Below are positions 12,772 through 26,627 of a stretch of 64,000 bases of DNA, one piece after another. The stretch's first letter is position 1, and each line of letters opens with the position of its first letter. A program made the translations under genes and the position numbers. Origin of the DNA: Amoebidium appalachense (taxonomy: Eukaryota > Protista > Ichthyosporea); the NCBI GenBank assembly GCA_963693365.1, contig CAVNZM010000004.1, forward strand, positions 9,018,468-9,082,467, read 5' to 3'. The notes beneath the pieces were generated by a model, which saw only the letters and a program-made list of their open reading frames with translations, was not told the DNA's origin and ran no database searches.

Positions 12772-13331
12772 GTACCTCCCCTCCTGGATCCCCCCCCCCC
12801 CCCCCCCCCCCACCCCACCCCTACCCTACTCAGCCACCCACCCACTGCCTGCCACAGTGAAACACAAGAGATACATCACACGCACACGCTTCATACAGCA
12901 TTACAAAGAATAGAGACAGAACAGATACGGATGATTTGGTGATTTACCTTAATAATGGGATAGTGGTGTCATGACATGGTGGCCCCGGGGAATAAAACAA
13001 GGTATGTAAGCCTTTGTGTGCATGTTGTGTCCGTCTTGGTTTATGGACTCCTTGCAGCTGCGTGCTCTTTCAGCAAGCAAGGCTTTTTTGGTTTTGAAAG
13101 AGGGAGGGGCGGGGGGGGGGGGGGGGGGGGGGGGAGAGAGGGGGAGGCATTAGCAAATAGTGGTCCCCCCTGTTGGTCCTGCGGGCGGGGGGAGACGAGG
13201 GGTGGTGAGCCCTCCTCCTTACCCCCCCCCCCCTCCCCCCACCCCCCGCTCCCCCCCGTCTCCCCTCCCGTCCCCTCCCCTCCCGGGGAAACCCAACGGT
13301 TAACTCGGCTGCGCACCTCTCCCTCGGAGGC

Positions 13332-13383
<52 letters not shown>

Positions 13384-14059
13384 ACCTTCCGGGCATCTAC
13401 CAATTTCTGATCGCTGTGTGAGCTGATAGCAACGTCCTGCAGAACGAGGCAGGAGAAACAACGAGGTTTTGGGGGGGGTTCTCACTCTGCTCGTGTACAA
13501 CAGCAAGACAAAACCACAACTCGCAATTAAGCCAACTGATGTTGGTGCCTATGTTGGTGGCACACCCACTATGGTATATACACGCACCAAGTGCATTTTC
13601 TAAACAACCAACCCTTCATCCCCCATGTTCCTCCGTTTTTCTCCACATATTCGGTGTATCTTGTAACTGATTCCTGGGCTGTACAGATGTCTCTAGTTGC
13701 CAATGGGTGGAAGTACATACTTTTGGCCTGGTGCCAGCACCTCCACACAAGTCACATAGAGGTCGATAATAAACAGCACATTCCCCACCATTATGAGTAA
13801 GCAAAAATACTATTACGATCACAATTGCTTCCTGCATGTTTTCATAAAACAAACAAAAAAGTAGGAGTATCATGGGGTAAACAGTAAAGTATGTGGAGAG
13901 AGTGGGCACGGGTGGCCATGGGTGGTGGTGGTGGTGGTGGTGGTGGTGTGTGTGTGTGTGTGGAGGGGGGGGGAGGGTCGACCCCCAACGTGGGGGAAGC
14001 TGGAACATTGTCAAGCCTTTTCCAGGACAAAGCAAAGAAGGAAAGGCCCTGAAGTTAAT

Positions 14060-14124
<65 letters not shown>

Positions 14125-14657
14125 ATATGCATGTGTGCTAGTGTGTCCCAGGTGTGACATGTGTGTGTGTGTTTGTGTGTGTACTACGTGCACGCTCGCA
14201 ATGATTCCGGGAACACACATGAATGCATTCGGTAAAAAGGGAGGAGAAGAGACGATTTCCTCAACCTCGAGAGGTCTCGTGCAGTGGGGCAAGAGATGCT
14301 AGTGTGTGTGTGTGAGCGTGCGTGTCGCGAACGTGCGCGGGCAATTGTGTCACGGTGCGAATGTGCGTGCATGTGCCTGTGTGTGTGTGTACGCAAGGGG
14401 AGGATGGGGAAGGTGGCTAAAACAACACGGAATTCTGAAGACAATAATGTTTGGTGTGTGAAGGAGAGCGTCACGAGGTACTTGTAGTAATGAATGGTTG
14501 CTGGGGTTGTTGAACGTTGTTCTGTGGGTGCTAAATATAAGGCAGAAACTGGCAAGCGTGCACGGTGGCATACCATTAATATTCTGCAAGCAAACTCTCA
14601 ACAGCAATAGGCGAGTCACTGTGAACCATGTTGGCCAAAGACGATATCGATCCCCGA

Positions 14658-14730
<73 letters not shown>

Positions 14731-14820
14731 CTAAAAATGCAGAACACAGTACGAAGCACAACTCCACGATGGAAGTGACGGTGCAGGACAAATGATTTTT
14801 TTTATTTTTTTTTAAAATAA

Positions 14821-14852
<32 letters not shown>

Positions 14853-15185
14853 GGGGCGGGGTTGGGTTGACACAACTTGGACACGGTTGTTGTTTCATTC
14901 ATTCCTTCGATTCAATTGGCGGCCTCATCAAACAAGGCCCAAACCATGCAGCACTGCTGGTGCACGTACACGCCCACGATGCAGCAAGGGAACTAAGGTG
15001 GCTCAAGTAGTCCGGCTACTCCCTAGCTCCTCCCAGACAACGTAGGTGTGCATGCAAGTAGCCCCACCCATTACCACAGGGCAATTTAGTATGCACTAAC
15101 TACGCTGCAGGAACGTAGATGTAGTCGTTCACTTCATCATGAGCGACTATGTTTTCCCTCCAAGCACAATCATTAAAGGCTAGAG

Positions 15186-15561
15186 CTACGCAGCCAAACC
15201 TTTGTAGCGGTACTTGGAGCGGCAGGCACGAAGCTCCTCCTGCATATGTTTTTTCGCGTTAGTTCGTCCTGCAAGGGGGTGCACTTTCTGCCTTTTTCTT
15301 TTCTAACCTTTCTGTATTTCTACATCCCTTCTCCAACCCATTTTATTTCACTTTGTTCACTAAATTTATCCATTGGTTCTGCCCTCGGGGAAAGAGGGGT
15401 ATGATGAAAGCAGCTTACACGTTTCCAAGGGGCATTTAGTTTTTCCAACCCCTTCGTATGTAAACACCGAGAACACCATATGTGGGTAACCATTGGGTGT
15501 CTCTAGTTTTTGTGCGTGTGTATGTGTGTGTGTGTGTGGGTGTGTGTGTGTGTGGGTGGGT

Positions 15562-15595
<34 letters not shown>

Positions 15596-17858
15596 CCACA
15601 AAACAGGTGTGAACATCCATCGCCATAAAGAAAGAGGAAGAGCTTAGCCACGGAGGGAATTAGCAAATGACACAGGTTTTAAGCCACGCTGAGCAGAAAA
15701 AATGTCTGCCCAAGAATACATAATCGACATTTTCCGTGTGGCAAGGAGGGGAGTTCCGCATTGGGCCTGTCAGCACCACGAAAATACAACGCCGTAATTG
15801 GATTTTAAGATAGCTCACACGAGAATTTTTAGAAACGGCCTTCAAGTAGGAATATCCTTCCGGCACTTACATTAGCCGTGTTCCCTGTAGTCTGTCTTTA
15901 AACATACCTCTGAACAACCGGACACGACTGGGCCACCATCTCTCCAACGACTGGGCAAAGGAACATCATTGCAGACACGCAAACCATATGGCTGATCAAA
16001 TAGAGCGCGTGCACGACTGTGTGTGCATAATGTTTCGATGCTCCCCCCCTCCCCCCCCCGCCCTCCTCCCCACCCCTTTTTTTGTGTGTGTGTGTGTGTC
16101 GGGGGGGGGGGGGGGGGGATATTGATAATGGCGGGAATGGGGCGATGAAAAGATGGAAGTAGCTATGCCAAAGAAGGATTTGTTTCTTTGACATCCGGGG
16201 GGTGCATGTGCATGAAGCAGGGCCGTTTAAATGACCCATAAAGGGAGACAAGGATGCCCCACCATAATTGAACTGACCGTGCATGCTTGTGTCTGTGTCT
16301 GTGTGCGTTCGTGTGGGCATGTTCGCGTTATTGTCTGGTGTGTCTGCATCAGTGTGTGACGGTGTGTAAACGTGTGGACGCACACTCACACGTGTGCGCG
16401 CGTGTTGTGCGTACAGAGTTTGCGGGCGTTGGGAGCTGGGAATGAGGGGCGCTTACAATTGACTGGTTATCTACACCATACACCAGCACGGCACCTTCAG
16501 GAAGCGTCTTTCTGAAGTTGGGCGGTAGCTCGGGGTCGGGCTCGAACACCGGTTCAGCCTTGGGCTTTTCCGGGCCGATCGATGCCCCGTCGGTACTAGT
16601 TGCATTTTGGTACGCCGCAAAGGCGGGTGGGGGGGCGCCCGGGGGTCCATAAGCAGGGAATGCCGACGGGGCAACAGGGGGGGCTCCTGGAGGGACAGGG
16701 GCACCAGGGGGAATGCCGGGTGGTATGGCGCCAGGGGGGGGTATCATCCCGGGAAGCATGGGTGGGAATCCTGTTGCGAAAAAAACAAAATAAAACAGGC
16801 AAGCAAGCCTAATAAGTCATGCTGCCATGGGGATGGGTGCCTGTGAAACCCCTCTGGGACACCTATCCCCCCCCCCCCCCCCCCCCCCCGTGTGTGCGCA
16901 CACACATGTACACATGTACACACATACACCACCACCGCCACCACCAGCCCCCCTCCCCCCCCCCCCCCTTTGCCCCACTGCCACTACACACAAACACACA
17001 AACACCACCCCATCATCTCCGGTAGCTTACACACACACCACAGCCACACGAAAAGCTAATAAAAAACAATATCAATGCACACCGTGACGCAATGCGCACG
17101 TACATACGGATGCGCGCACACACATACACATACACACACCCACACCCACACACATGTGCAAGCAGATGGGCACACATCCCGCTCCCACCATACAGGCAGA
17201 CATGGTGCGTGAAAAACAAAGTTAGCCTATTTCAACAAGCATAAATCAGGCCCAAAACTTGGCGGCAAACCCCAAAGACACCCGCAAAACACACAAATCA
17301 ACAGGAGAAACGATGTCCGTCATTTAGCATCCTCCCCCCCCCCCCCCACCCCACCCCTTCCATTTCCGCTGGCCCCCATGTATCTTGCATATCACACACC
17401 TCATCACCATGCAAGTAGCAAGAAAGTCCCCACGCCAGCAACAGCGGCATTCTGTTCTTGTATATCGCCCAATAATGTCCCTAAACACCTATAGCATACA
17501 CACCAATGTTGTACACATACCCGGTGGGGGGACAAAGCCGGGTGGCATGGGCGGGAATCCCGGAGGCAGGCCAAACGGAGGGGCAAGAGGAACGCCGGGT
17601 GCCCCTGGAACTACACCAGGGGGAAACATGAACCCAGGTGGCGGGGGTGGCATTCTGTTTGAGGGAGTTGCCGGTTACACTCAGCCAATGGATACTACTT
17701 CACGCACCACATCCCAGCCTTATCTTTCGAGAACATATCGCTGATCAAAGCTCCGGTGCGCATATGCGGAAACTTTCGGACGCGTCAAAAGGCCGAAAAA
17801 CTGACGTACACGAATAGATTGCTACAGTATACCCTCCCCCCCCCCTCCCCCTCCCCTC

Positions 17859-17893
<35 letters not shown>

Positions 17894-18049
17894 TTCCTCT
17901 TCCTGCTGGCTACACAGTGTGTTTGATCTTGTTGATACATGTCCTATTTTGGGAATAACTGGTTCCAAGTGAAACGTGTAACTGGGGCACAGACAACTCT
18001 TTTGTACTTCATTTCGGTTTTTGAAATCCTTGGTCCACTCCCCCCCTCC

Positions 18050-18100
<51 letters not shown>

Positions 18101-19413
18101 ACACACCTCCCTCCCCCTCCACGTCCTTCAATAACCACAGACAGAGGAAAGTTTTCCACCAAAGCCAAAACGAAACACTGGCAAAGGTTTTGTAGCAGAC
18201 ATTTAGGCAGACCGGCCGAAGAAACAGAGCTACTACTCACCCTACACCAGGGGGGAAGATGGGTATTGCTGCAACGGCGGTGATCACTGGTGCTGCCGGG
18301 GCTGCAGTGCCGTTCTCTGTTTTCTGTCTCTTTTCGCCGCCCCTTTCCTCTGCAAATCACAAAAAAAAACGTCAAACTGCTAGCCAAACAACTCTACTAG
18401 AACCACTGACCACACGGAAGCACAAGTGGCAGGTTGGTAAAACACAAGCTAATAAAAAAAAAGGTCCGGAGTGATGTGGGAAAATGGAACACGGCACACA
18501 ACAGCAAGGAGCAAGGTAGTACACACTTAGCTTCAGCCAACGATAACTTCACATCGAGGCGAAGCAACTACACTCCCCCACACCCAACATAAGCCACACT
18601 TCTAGATTCTACCAAGAAAACGCCCCTTGCTAAAGCAGGAGTCCAGAAAATGGAGCTGGCAATACAGGGGTACTTTCGCAGAGCACATACCTGCCTTGGC
18701 GTCCAAATCTGCCTCTGGTATTCCCTCCATGCCGAAAATTTCAATGTCCACAGACTCGCGGCCCGGCTTTGAGTTGGGCACCACCGTGACCTTCTCCTTG
18801 TGCACCTGCATGCAATGAATCACCATGCCGCCGGCCGTGTTGAGTTTGCGGCTGCACACGTGACATTTGAAATGCTTTGCCTTCTGATGCTGAATGAGAA
18901 TTTTCTCGTCATCAAAGTCCCGGTCGCAGTACCTGTGTACCACTGAGTCAGAAAACAAGAATTCTTCAATCTACTCATGTTTAGCGGGCCGCAGGTTAAG
19001 GCAAGATGGTGGACAATAATTTAGGCACTGTAGTTTCTGAAAAGTGGTGATATAATTTTTTATGCAACATAATAGTCTTGCCTTGATTTTTTCGGGCACA
19101 TGCATGGCAAGTCTCGAAGATAACATGCCCGGCAAGTTATGGTGTCTTGGCGACTGTATTCAAGCATGAGCAACGGCCTGGAAACAGGCTGTTATAGTTT
19201 TCAGGCTGTTATAGCCAACAGATGTCATGATGTCTGAGCAGAGATGGGGTGGGGTGTCTGACATAAAAGCTCTCGCCTTCTCTTGCAATAACAAAAAAGG
19301 TATACACGTTCTGTCTGAGAAATGAGAGCTGTTACACAGTGACAGGAACGTCATATGGCTACATACCAACACCAAGGCTTCTGCGCCTTTCCCTTTCCTC
19401 TTTTTTTGCCCAT
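15186..19413 (-). CDS. ZNF207: BUB3-interacting GLEBS-motif zinc finger protein ZNF207/BuGZ (SUF4-like), complete, 6 exons
   Basis: Exons (minus) 19367-19413, 18691-18932, 18241-18349, 17521-17654, 16457-16770, 15186-15239; phases are consistent. Translation: [42 protein letters not shown]...IHCMQVHKE...EIFGMEGIP, a Pro-rich middle, and a GLEBS-like [20 protein letters not shown] at the end. Confidence 0.95.
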
Positions 19414-20381
19414 GGTGCCTGAATTGCAAGGTTGCCAGCTACTGTTTCAAGGATTCAGAATGATTTTCTGCCACCAGCAAACCGCTGCACAATCACATGC
19501 ATTCTGTCAACCTAAAGTAATCTGGGCAAAATATGTAACTTTCCATCGCGATCGTATGCCACTGTAGCTAATCGTGATCAACTTGGTTACTATGTATACA
19601 AGTTGGTCGGGGCGCCCGCGCAATCGACGTGAAGGGGGGTCTAACTACTCTCGGTCTCCCAGAACCACGGAATTACTTTAAGATCCCCACCAAACAAGTT
19701 TACTTTACCTTTGGTATACTTAGTATAATTCAGCCTGAGCTTGTTATTCAGGTTATAGTGTATTCCGTCGGCAACCCATTGTGCATACATGTTATCTTTT
19801 CGAATATATGTACTCTAGTATGCTATAATAAACCAACCCAATGTAAAAGTAAAAGCGCAGCCCCACTGGTCACCGGTCAGGCCTACATTCTTCACTACAT
19901 GAATATTGGTGTTTATTGTGATCTATGAGGCTGAGACATTACTGAACCCCCCTAGACCTCGTGCAAGTTACGGTGCCTGGTTTTATACATTATTCATTTC
20001 AATGCACATTTAGAAGCAAAGATCCCCCAATAAGTGATAAATTAAGTATCTAAAATGACAAATAGTAAACAATCTGGGCCATTAGGAGCACATTGCCGAA
20101 CCGTTAAAACAGGCAATTTGTCGGAGATGTTTGTACAAAGGGAGTTGTTTCAATATGAATTTTGCTGCAATTTGGCCAGGGCGCCCCAGCTCAGCTAGCA
20201 GGAACTACGAATCCATTGGCTGTAGTTAGCTGCTTTAGGAGAAGCCGGTGATGCATTCATCGAGGTTTTCAGCTACAGTCATTGGGTAACTGCGTTTTAA
20301 AAATCTGAGCACTTTGTTATCGAATCAAAGAGAACATTGGCTTATCAGTTTTCGCCGATTTCCGTCATTAGCGGGTGCGTT

Positions 20382-20641
20382 CCAATGTTGGTTGCAATTA
20401 TCGAAATTATGTTTACTGGAAAGGTGATCGCGGACGCATTTTAAAATTCTGTGTCTGTATTGAATGTGCGGTACATCACTTATTTCCGCAAAATATTTAA
20501 AGCCCTGACAGCAATGTTGGTTGTAATTAACGAAATCGATTGTACCGGAAGAATGATTGCGGATCTACTTTGAAAGCTAGCTCTTTTATTCAATGTGCGG
20601 TACACCACCTATTTCCGCTAAACATTTTGAAGCCCCGACAC
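20382..20641. repeat. Diverged ~130-bp tandem duplication in AT-rich intergenic DNA
   Basis: caatgttggttg(c/t)aatta.cgaaat...aatgtgcggtaca.cac.tatttccgc.aaa.attt..aagccc.gaca occurs at 20382 and 20513. Confidence 0.75.
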
Positions 20642-21541
20642 GTACGCGGCTGGCGGCTGCATTTTGGTACGGTCTTTTTGTATTCGTTGCTGTCTTGTAT
20701 CTATAAAATTCTTATTTCATATATTCTTATGTTTGCATACATTGAATTCGTACAATTTCTAAGTCCGTGTCATTGCAATATAAGGGATTTTGGAGTAGCC
20801 AAAGTCGGACCCAAGCCCAATCAATTTCCGGAATCTGGTCTAAAAGTCAGAGACTAGTATTAGATAATGTAACCTCCCCCCCGCCATTTGTACCCCAGAC
20901 TGAGCCTTGACGAGGCCAGCCTGCGAGTCGAACGTAAACAGAGTAAACCCCCCTCCCTTTCTCTATGTCGCCCCTCCTCATGGCCAACGCAAGCTGGCAG
21001 TGGTCACATAAAGCCTTGTGAAAGGAGGGTTACTTCAGATCCTAGAGAGGAGTATGAAGGCCCGGGCTCGAAGAGGCCTTGGTATGAGGCATCGTTCGTG
21101 TCTTGTGTATGGGTGAATGTGCTACGCGCGCACGCGTGTGTGAGTGCGGGGAGGTGGGTGGGTGGGTAGGTGGTGGTGGTGGTGGGGGGGGGAGGGGAGG
21201 CGGGGAGCGGGAGTAAGGCTCCAAAGAGAGAGTGAGAGACAACCTGGAGAGAGACAGAGAGAAAGCGAGAGAGCGAGAGAGAGAGAGAGAGAAAGGGAGG
21301 GAGGGAGAGAAGGGAGAGGGATGGAGGGGGTAGCCAAGAGAGAGAGAGAGAGAGGGAGAGAGGGAGAGAAGGAGAGGGAGAAGGGAGGGGGGGACGGGGA
21401 GGGAGGGAGGGAGGGAGGGGGGAGGGAGAGAGAGAGAGGGGGGGGTGAGAGAGAGAGAGGGAGAGGGAGAGGGAGAGAGGGAGACTGAAGGGGGGGGGGG
21501 GGGGGAGGGGGAGAGAGAAAGAGAGAGAGAGAGAGAGGGGG

Positions 21542-21585
<44 letters not shown>

Positions 21586-21722
21586 AGGAGGGGGGGCATA
21601 TGGAAAGGGGGTAGGGTAGGAGTGACTCAATGCATGCGAAAACGGCCATTTGCAGCGGCCAGCTCGACCAAGAAAAGAGATCCAGTAAGAACACCCACAC
21701 TACCGCGACTTTCTTTTCTATG

Positions 21723-22376
21723 TCAGGCAGCATGGGCATCCCACACACATGCAACGACAGTACGACAATCCTTTATAATGCTGGTCCACGCAAGGCGCAG
21801 CAAGTTTGGCAAAGCCTTCTTCAAACCCTTGTACGAACAAACGAACTCATCAGGTAAAAAATACGTGACATGGCGTATTCGGCCCTGCCCGTCGGACAAG
21901 GGGATTCCCGCAATGTTAATTAATGCCCTTGTATGTAACAGGGCCAAAGCTTTAAGGTGGCGTGGGAAGCAATCTTGCTTGTTCGTTTGTTCATATCCTT
22001 GGGCGGGAAAGGGTAAATCTGGCGTGGCGATCATGAATGATGAGGCTGTGGTTGCAAGCGTGTTGCGTGGACTAAGTGCAAGTTGCTGCGTGACGAATTT
22101 GGTCTCTTGCAGGTTTACTTTGATGGTAGCGTGTTTTGGTGACATACGGTGTGAAAGGACACATACGGGCACAAATACGTGGTTTTTGATAAAAAGATCG
22201 TCAAAAGACTTTGCTTTGTTTTCGTGTTTTCCACAGACGGTGCCACACTGGACATATACCTTAAATGCTCGCAGGTTTCTGGAGCTGGCATGGTGGCCAT
22301 ATGCATCCGAGCCAAACAAACTTAGAAAAAGGACGAAAAAAGCATCAGGAAATACTGAAATCAACAAACATATCAA
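21723..22376 (-). other. Unassigned non-repetitive ORF (217 aa); the opposite strand is also open (21631-22509)
   Basis: Long open frames on both strands in microsatellite-free DNA. No motif recognised. Confidence 0.25.
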
Positions 22377-23686
22377 TTATATTATCAATGTGCTTGCTGC
22401 CAGTAATGTTGTTGTAGGTCAGTGCAACCGTCTGGTGACGCTGAAAGTTTGCAATTGTATGTACACTTCAACGTTTCTCTGTGACCGTTGCTTCAACGTT
22501 TCTCTGTGACCGTTGCAGTAACGCTGACCTGCAGGTGCCACAGCTCCACCTACAACCAGCTATAGTCAAAGTGACTGTCTCCCTGCGGCCCTTTGTTTGA
22601 TAGGTTGGACAAAACTTTGCTGCAGTCAAAAGAAAAAAAATTACACGGTCCTGATTTCGCCCACATGTCATGGTGGGGTATTGGGGGAAATCACATGCTG
22701 ATATCTCAAGGGTTGACATGACTTGCATATCTCAGGGGCCGGTGTAATTGGTATCGAAGCCTTGACGGTTCGGCACTATTTGTTTTTTTCGCATAAGAAA
22801 AAGGCGTGAAGTAAAAAAGATGGAAAATATTAATTGGTGATGAGTAGGATACGGAAAAGTAGAGACATCAGCAGGTTAGATGTATGTGTGGCGGTGGTAC
22901 CGAAGGAGTGTCACAGATATACGAAATTTCGAGCTTGCCGCGTCTATCGTTATAATTAGTTACTAATACGAGAGGCATTACTGTAGGCCACCACTAACAC
23001 ACAACAGCCCCCCCCCCCCCCCCCCCCCCCCCGACTAGCCTTCCACCTCAGGTAGAGGGAAGCGAGCGTGCGCAAGGCTCTGAAACAGTAATACATAAAA
23101 AGAGTACTGCCTATTTAGTGACAGTCACCGACTCGCGTACATATACTTTTTCGCTCCCACAGTCTGGCAGAAGTATATATAGGGGATATTCCGAGCAAAA
23201 CCCCCCCATACCTGAGACTGGTTTCTCTTTGCCTCGAGTAAACAGCGTAAACCCCGTATATATATCCAACCGTAGAAGGATATTTATCAAAGCCTCAACG
23301 GAGACCTTGATACTTATCCGACAACCAGATATACAGAGTCCGTGAAGTATCCATCAGGACTTGTATGTAGACCATCGTATTTGCATGCTCGCTTTTATCT
23401 CTGAATATGTTTTATTGTATTATATATTTGTTTTTGTAGGTGATTTTATTCCTGCGTATTTTCTTACCTTACCGGCAACAGTTGCTATTCCCTACCATAT
23501 TAGCATACCCCGTGTCACTAGCCAATCAGAGCCTACCGTAGTCTAGGGGGATCAAACAATCATTATCAACGAGTCAACAACAACTCGCACCGTGTGTCAC
23601 AAGTGTTTGTGCGTGTGTGACCGGGTGTTTGTTTTGTGTGGGGCTTTGTGGTTGGGAGACCACCGCTTCCCAGACCCATCAGAAGG

Positions 23687-25332
23687 ATGCAGATACCAAA
23701 GAAGCCTCGAAGCACCAGGACACTCGTTCTGGCGCTGTTTTGTACTTTAGTGCTGCTCTTTCTCATGCAAGGCAAGCAGGAAACACCCCTAGAAGCAATT
23801 CGAAGATTTAACGAGCTCGCGGCAGCAAGAGAGATTCAAGATGGTGCCCTAACAATTTTTACGGCTGTAACTTCTGAAGAGCTAGAAAGTAACAAGGGAG
23901 AAGAGCAACTTTTGAACTCAATTCAATCATGGAGGTTGCTGCAGCCATCTCCGGAGATCTTCGTCTTTACAGATTCAAACGGCCGGAGCCTTCGAGAGAA
24001 GATCGATGCCGAGGCCGTAAGGGTGTTTGGAGACGTGCCCAAGAACGAATACGGCTCGCTGATAGTTTCCGACATATTTAATCGTGCTTCGAAGTCTGCG
24101 TCTTCGCGTGTTTTGGTATACGCTTCCTATAGCGTTCTTTTGGGAACAACACTAACTGAAGCGGTTCATGCCGTTGACAGTCGTGAAAAGGGATACTTTC
24201 TGGTTGTTGGCCGCCGTTGCTTGTTGCCCTCCAAGGGGTTGGTCAACCTTGACATAAGTGCCTTTTTCGTGCAAACGCCGAGTAAGTGCGAGCCTGATGC
24301 CAGTTTGCATCTGGACTACCTAGTCTTCACCAAGGGGCTGTGGCCCAAGGTGCCCGACTTTGCGTTGGTGGGCAACCTATGGCAGCGAGATCTCGTGCAC
24401 CAAGTTCTCATTAACGAGCAGTTCGTTGCCGAGGCGTCTGCGGTCGTCAAGGCCATCAACCAAAACCCACAGATAGCATCACCGGACTTCCACACGCCGA
24501 CCTTTTCAAACCCCATAGATCACAACGCCGCCCCAGCAGCAGCATACAACCAGCGGCTTGCAAACGAGCGTTGGTATTTGGGCCACACCACATTAGCCCG
24601 GTATGAGATTCTGGAAAACTATGCGATCCTGGACCGGCACCAGGCTCTGAGGGAATACACCCCTAGGGTTGCCCCCGTGCGGCCCTTGAAACGGGGTGTG
24701 ACACTTGCCATTCACGGCACGGTAGACAAGTTTGGAGCCATCCTTCAGACGGTGGAGAGGTGGACTGGGCCTGTGGTTCTTGCGTTTACCACACACACTA
24801 CAGAGTTTCCAACGGAGGAGTACGAGGCTAAGTTTGCCAAGCACAAAGGTATGCTTTTCTTTCGAGTAATGTGTCAAGTATCACAGGCATGTTTTAGCTA
24901 TTCCAGGTCTCTTGGGTGTTTTCACGTTATTGAGAAGCATGGCAGGTTGACTGTTGCTACATACGTTTAAAGACGGGCACAGCTTGTAGTCTTGGACAGA
25001 TTTATGCCCATTTTCCTGGATCCCCTTCTGATTAACGTTCGACCACACCACAGACAGGATTGTGATGTTCAACTTTGCACTGGATATCAAGAACAGTGAC
25101 GCTGTTCTGCCCGTCTATCCCATCAACACCATCCGAAACATAGCCCTCACCTATGTTGCTACCGAGTTTGTCTTTCTTCTGGACGGGGATTTTGTTCCTA
25201 ACGTTGGGATGTACGAACACCTGATGCAGGTATGCTTACCGCACTTTTACATATATCCCCCCTCTCCCTCCCCCAACACCACCAATCCTTCCGGTTGTGT
25301 TTCCGATCCTTATGGCAGACATCAACACCCCC

Positions 25333-25380
<48 letters not shown>

Positions 25381-25508
25381 TTCCCCCCGTTTTGACGTGG
25401 GTCCCCTCTAGGATAGGCTCTGCTTATTATGCACAGTCTTTATGTGTGGTTTGCATTCTGCATTGCGGTTTCGTTGTGAATGTGCACTTCGTATTTGTGA
25501 CTCATTCC

Positions 25509-25542
<34 letters not shown>

Positions 25543-26594
25543 ACCCACCCCTACCTTCCATCCCTCTTTCAACAAAACAAAGGAGTTCAATGGATGGGTC
25601 AAAAGGGATAGAGGAGGGGGTCGTGGGTAGATGTGTGTTTGTGTGTATGGGGAGGGGGGGGGAGGGGAGGAGGAGGGGGGGGGGGGGGAAGGGGGGGAAA
25701 GGGGAGGAGGAGGGGGGGATTTGGGAAAGGAGTTGTTGGGGGGAGGGGTGGAGAAGGGGACATCGAAGGAAGGGTGGGCTGTAAGAGGGTGAAGGGAGAA
25801 GAGCGTTCTGAAAGGGGGGGGGGGGGGGGGGGGGGGGGAGGGGGGCGGGCGGGGGGAGGGGGGGGGGGAGGGGGTGGGTTTGAGGAGGAATATAGTGTTT
25901 TTCGTCTGTATACCATGCCTTGACCACATAACCGAAAGCAGTGTGACACATCATTTCATTGCACAGTTGCCTTGGTTGGTTTTTTGGGTTTTCCCATCAT
26001 TCATTCATTCAAGCAGTTCTGTAAGGTTTGGCACGGAACGCCATGAATTGCGCACACGCAGAACAAGCACGAACGAGCACAAAACACAATGAATAGGACG
26101 TACCCATCTGCATGGCACCCATATCCACAGACACAGACACATTGTTATCACATATGCACATATCCCTGCACTTGCGCATGTTCTGGCTTGTGGGGCACAC
26201 CTAGGCACACACATGCAAACCCACAAGCACCCTGCACGAACTCTCCTTTCACCTACACGTTGCTTTGAACTCGTGGAATGTCCTCTCTGTCTCTCCCTCC
26301 CTCCCTCCCCCCCCCCTCCCCCCCCCCCCTCCCCCTCTCTCTCTCTCTCCCCCCCCCCCCCCTCCCCCTCCCTCCCTCCCCCCCCCCCCCCCCCCCCAAA
26401 AAAAAAAAATAAAAAAATAAACCCAACCCTCCGTCACCACCACCCCCCCCCCCCCCCCTTTCTCTTCCTGTAAGAAGTTCAACCTAGATTCAGGTTGAGC
26501 CTTAAGGTGGATATTTTTTTCGCCAATTCTCGCCTATAATGGTTCTCACACGGGTTCGATGCTAGCCATTAAGGACAAGATACACTATGCCTCG

Positions 26595-26627
<33 letters not shown>

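Noticed and set aside
13600-14900. Possible exons between the P relic and the ZNF207 3' end
   Set aside because: No phase-consistent model or motif could be built.
15120-15150. ATGATGA hairpin in the ZNF207 3' UTR as SECIS or C/D snoRNA
   Set aside because: The gene has no in-frame UGA, and there is no SECIS geometry or properly spaced D box.
19600-20197. Imperfect inverted repeats around ggggcgccc/gggcgcccc and agggggg/cccccct
   Set aside because: Short, partly self-palindromic and without a TSD; insufficient to call a MITE.
20868-21034. Possible solo LTR (tgtaacc...ggttac) and a degenerate hammerhead-like TTGACGA...GAAC
   Set aside because: The 3' CA and TSD are missing, there is no second copy in the window, and hammerhead stems I and III do not form.
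26530-26570. tRNA/SINE-like B box (ggttcgat)
   Set aside because: No cloverleaf, and the spacing to any A-box-like sequence is too short.
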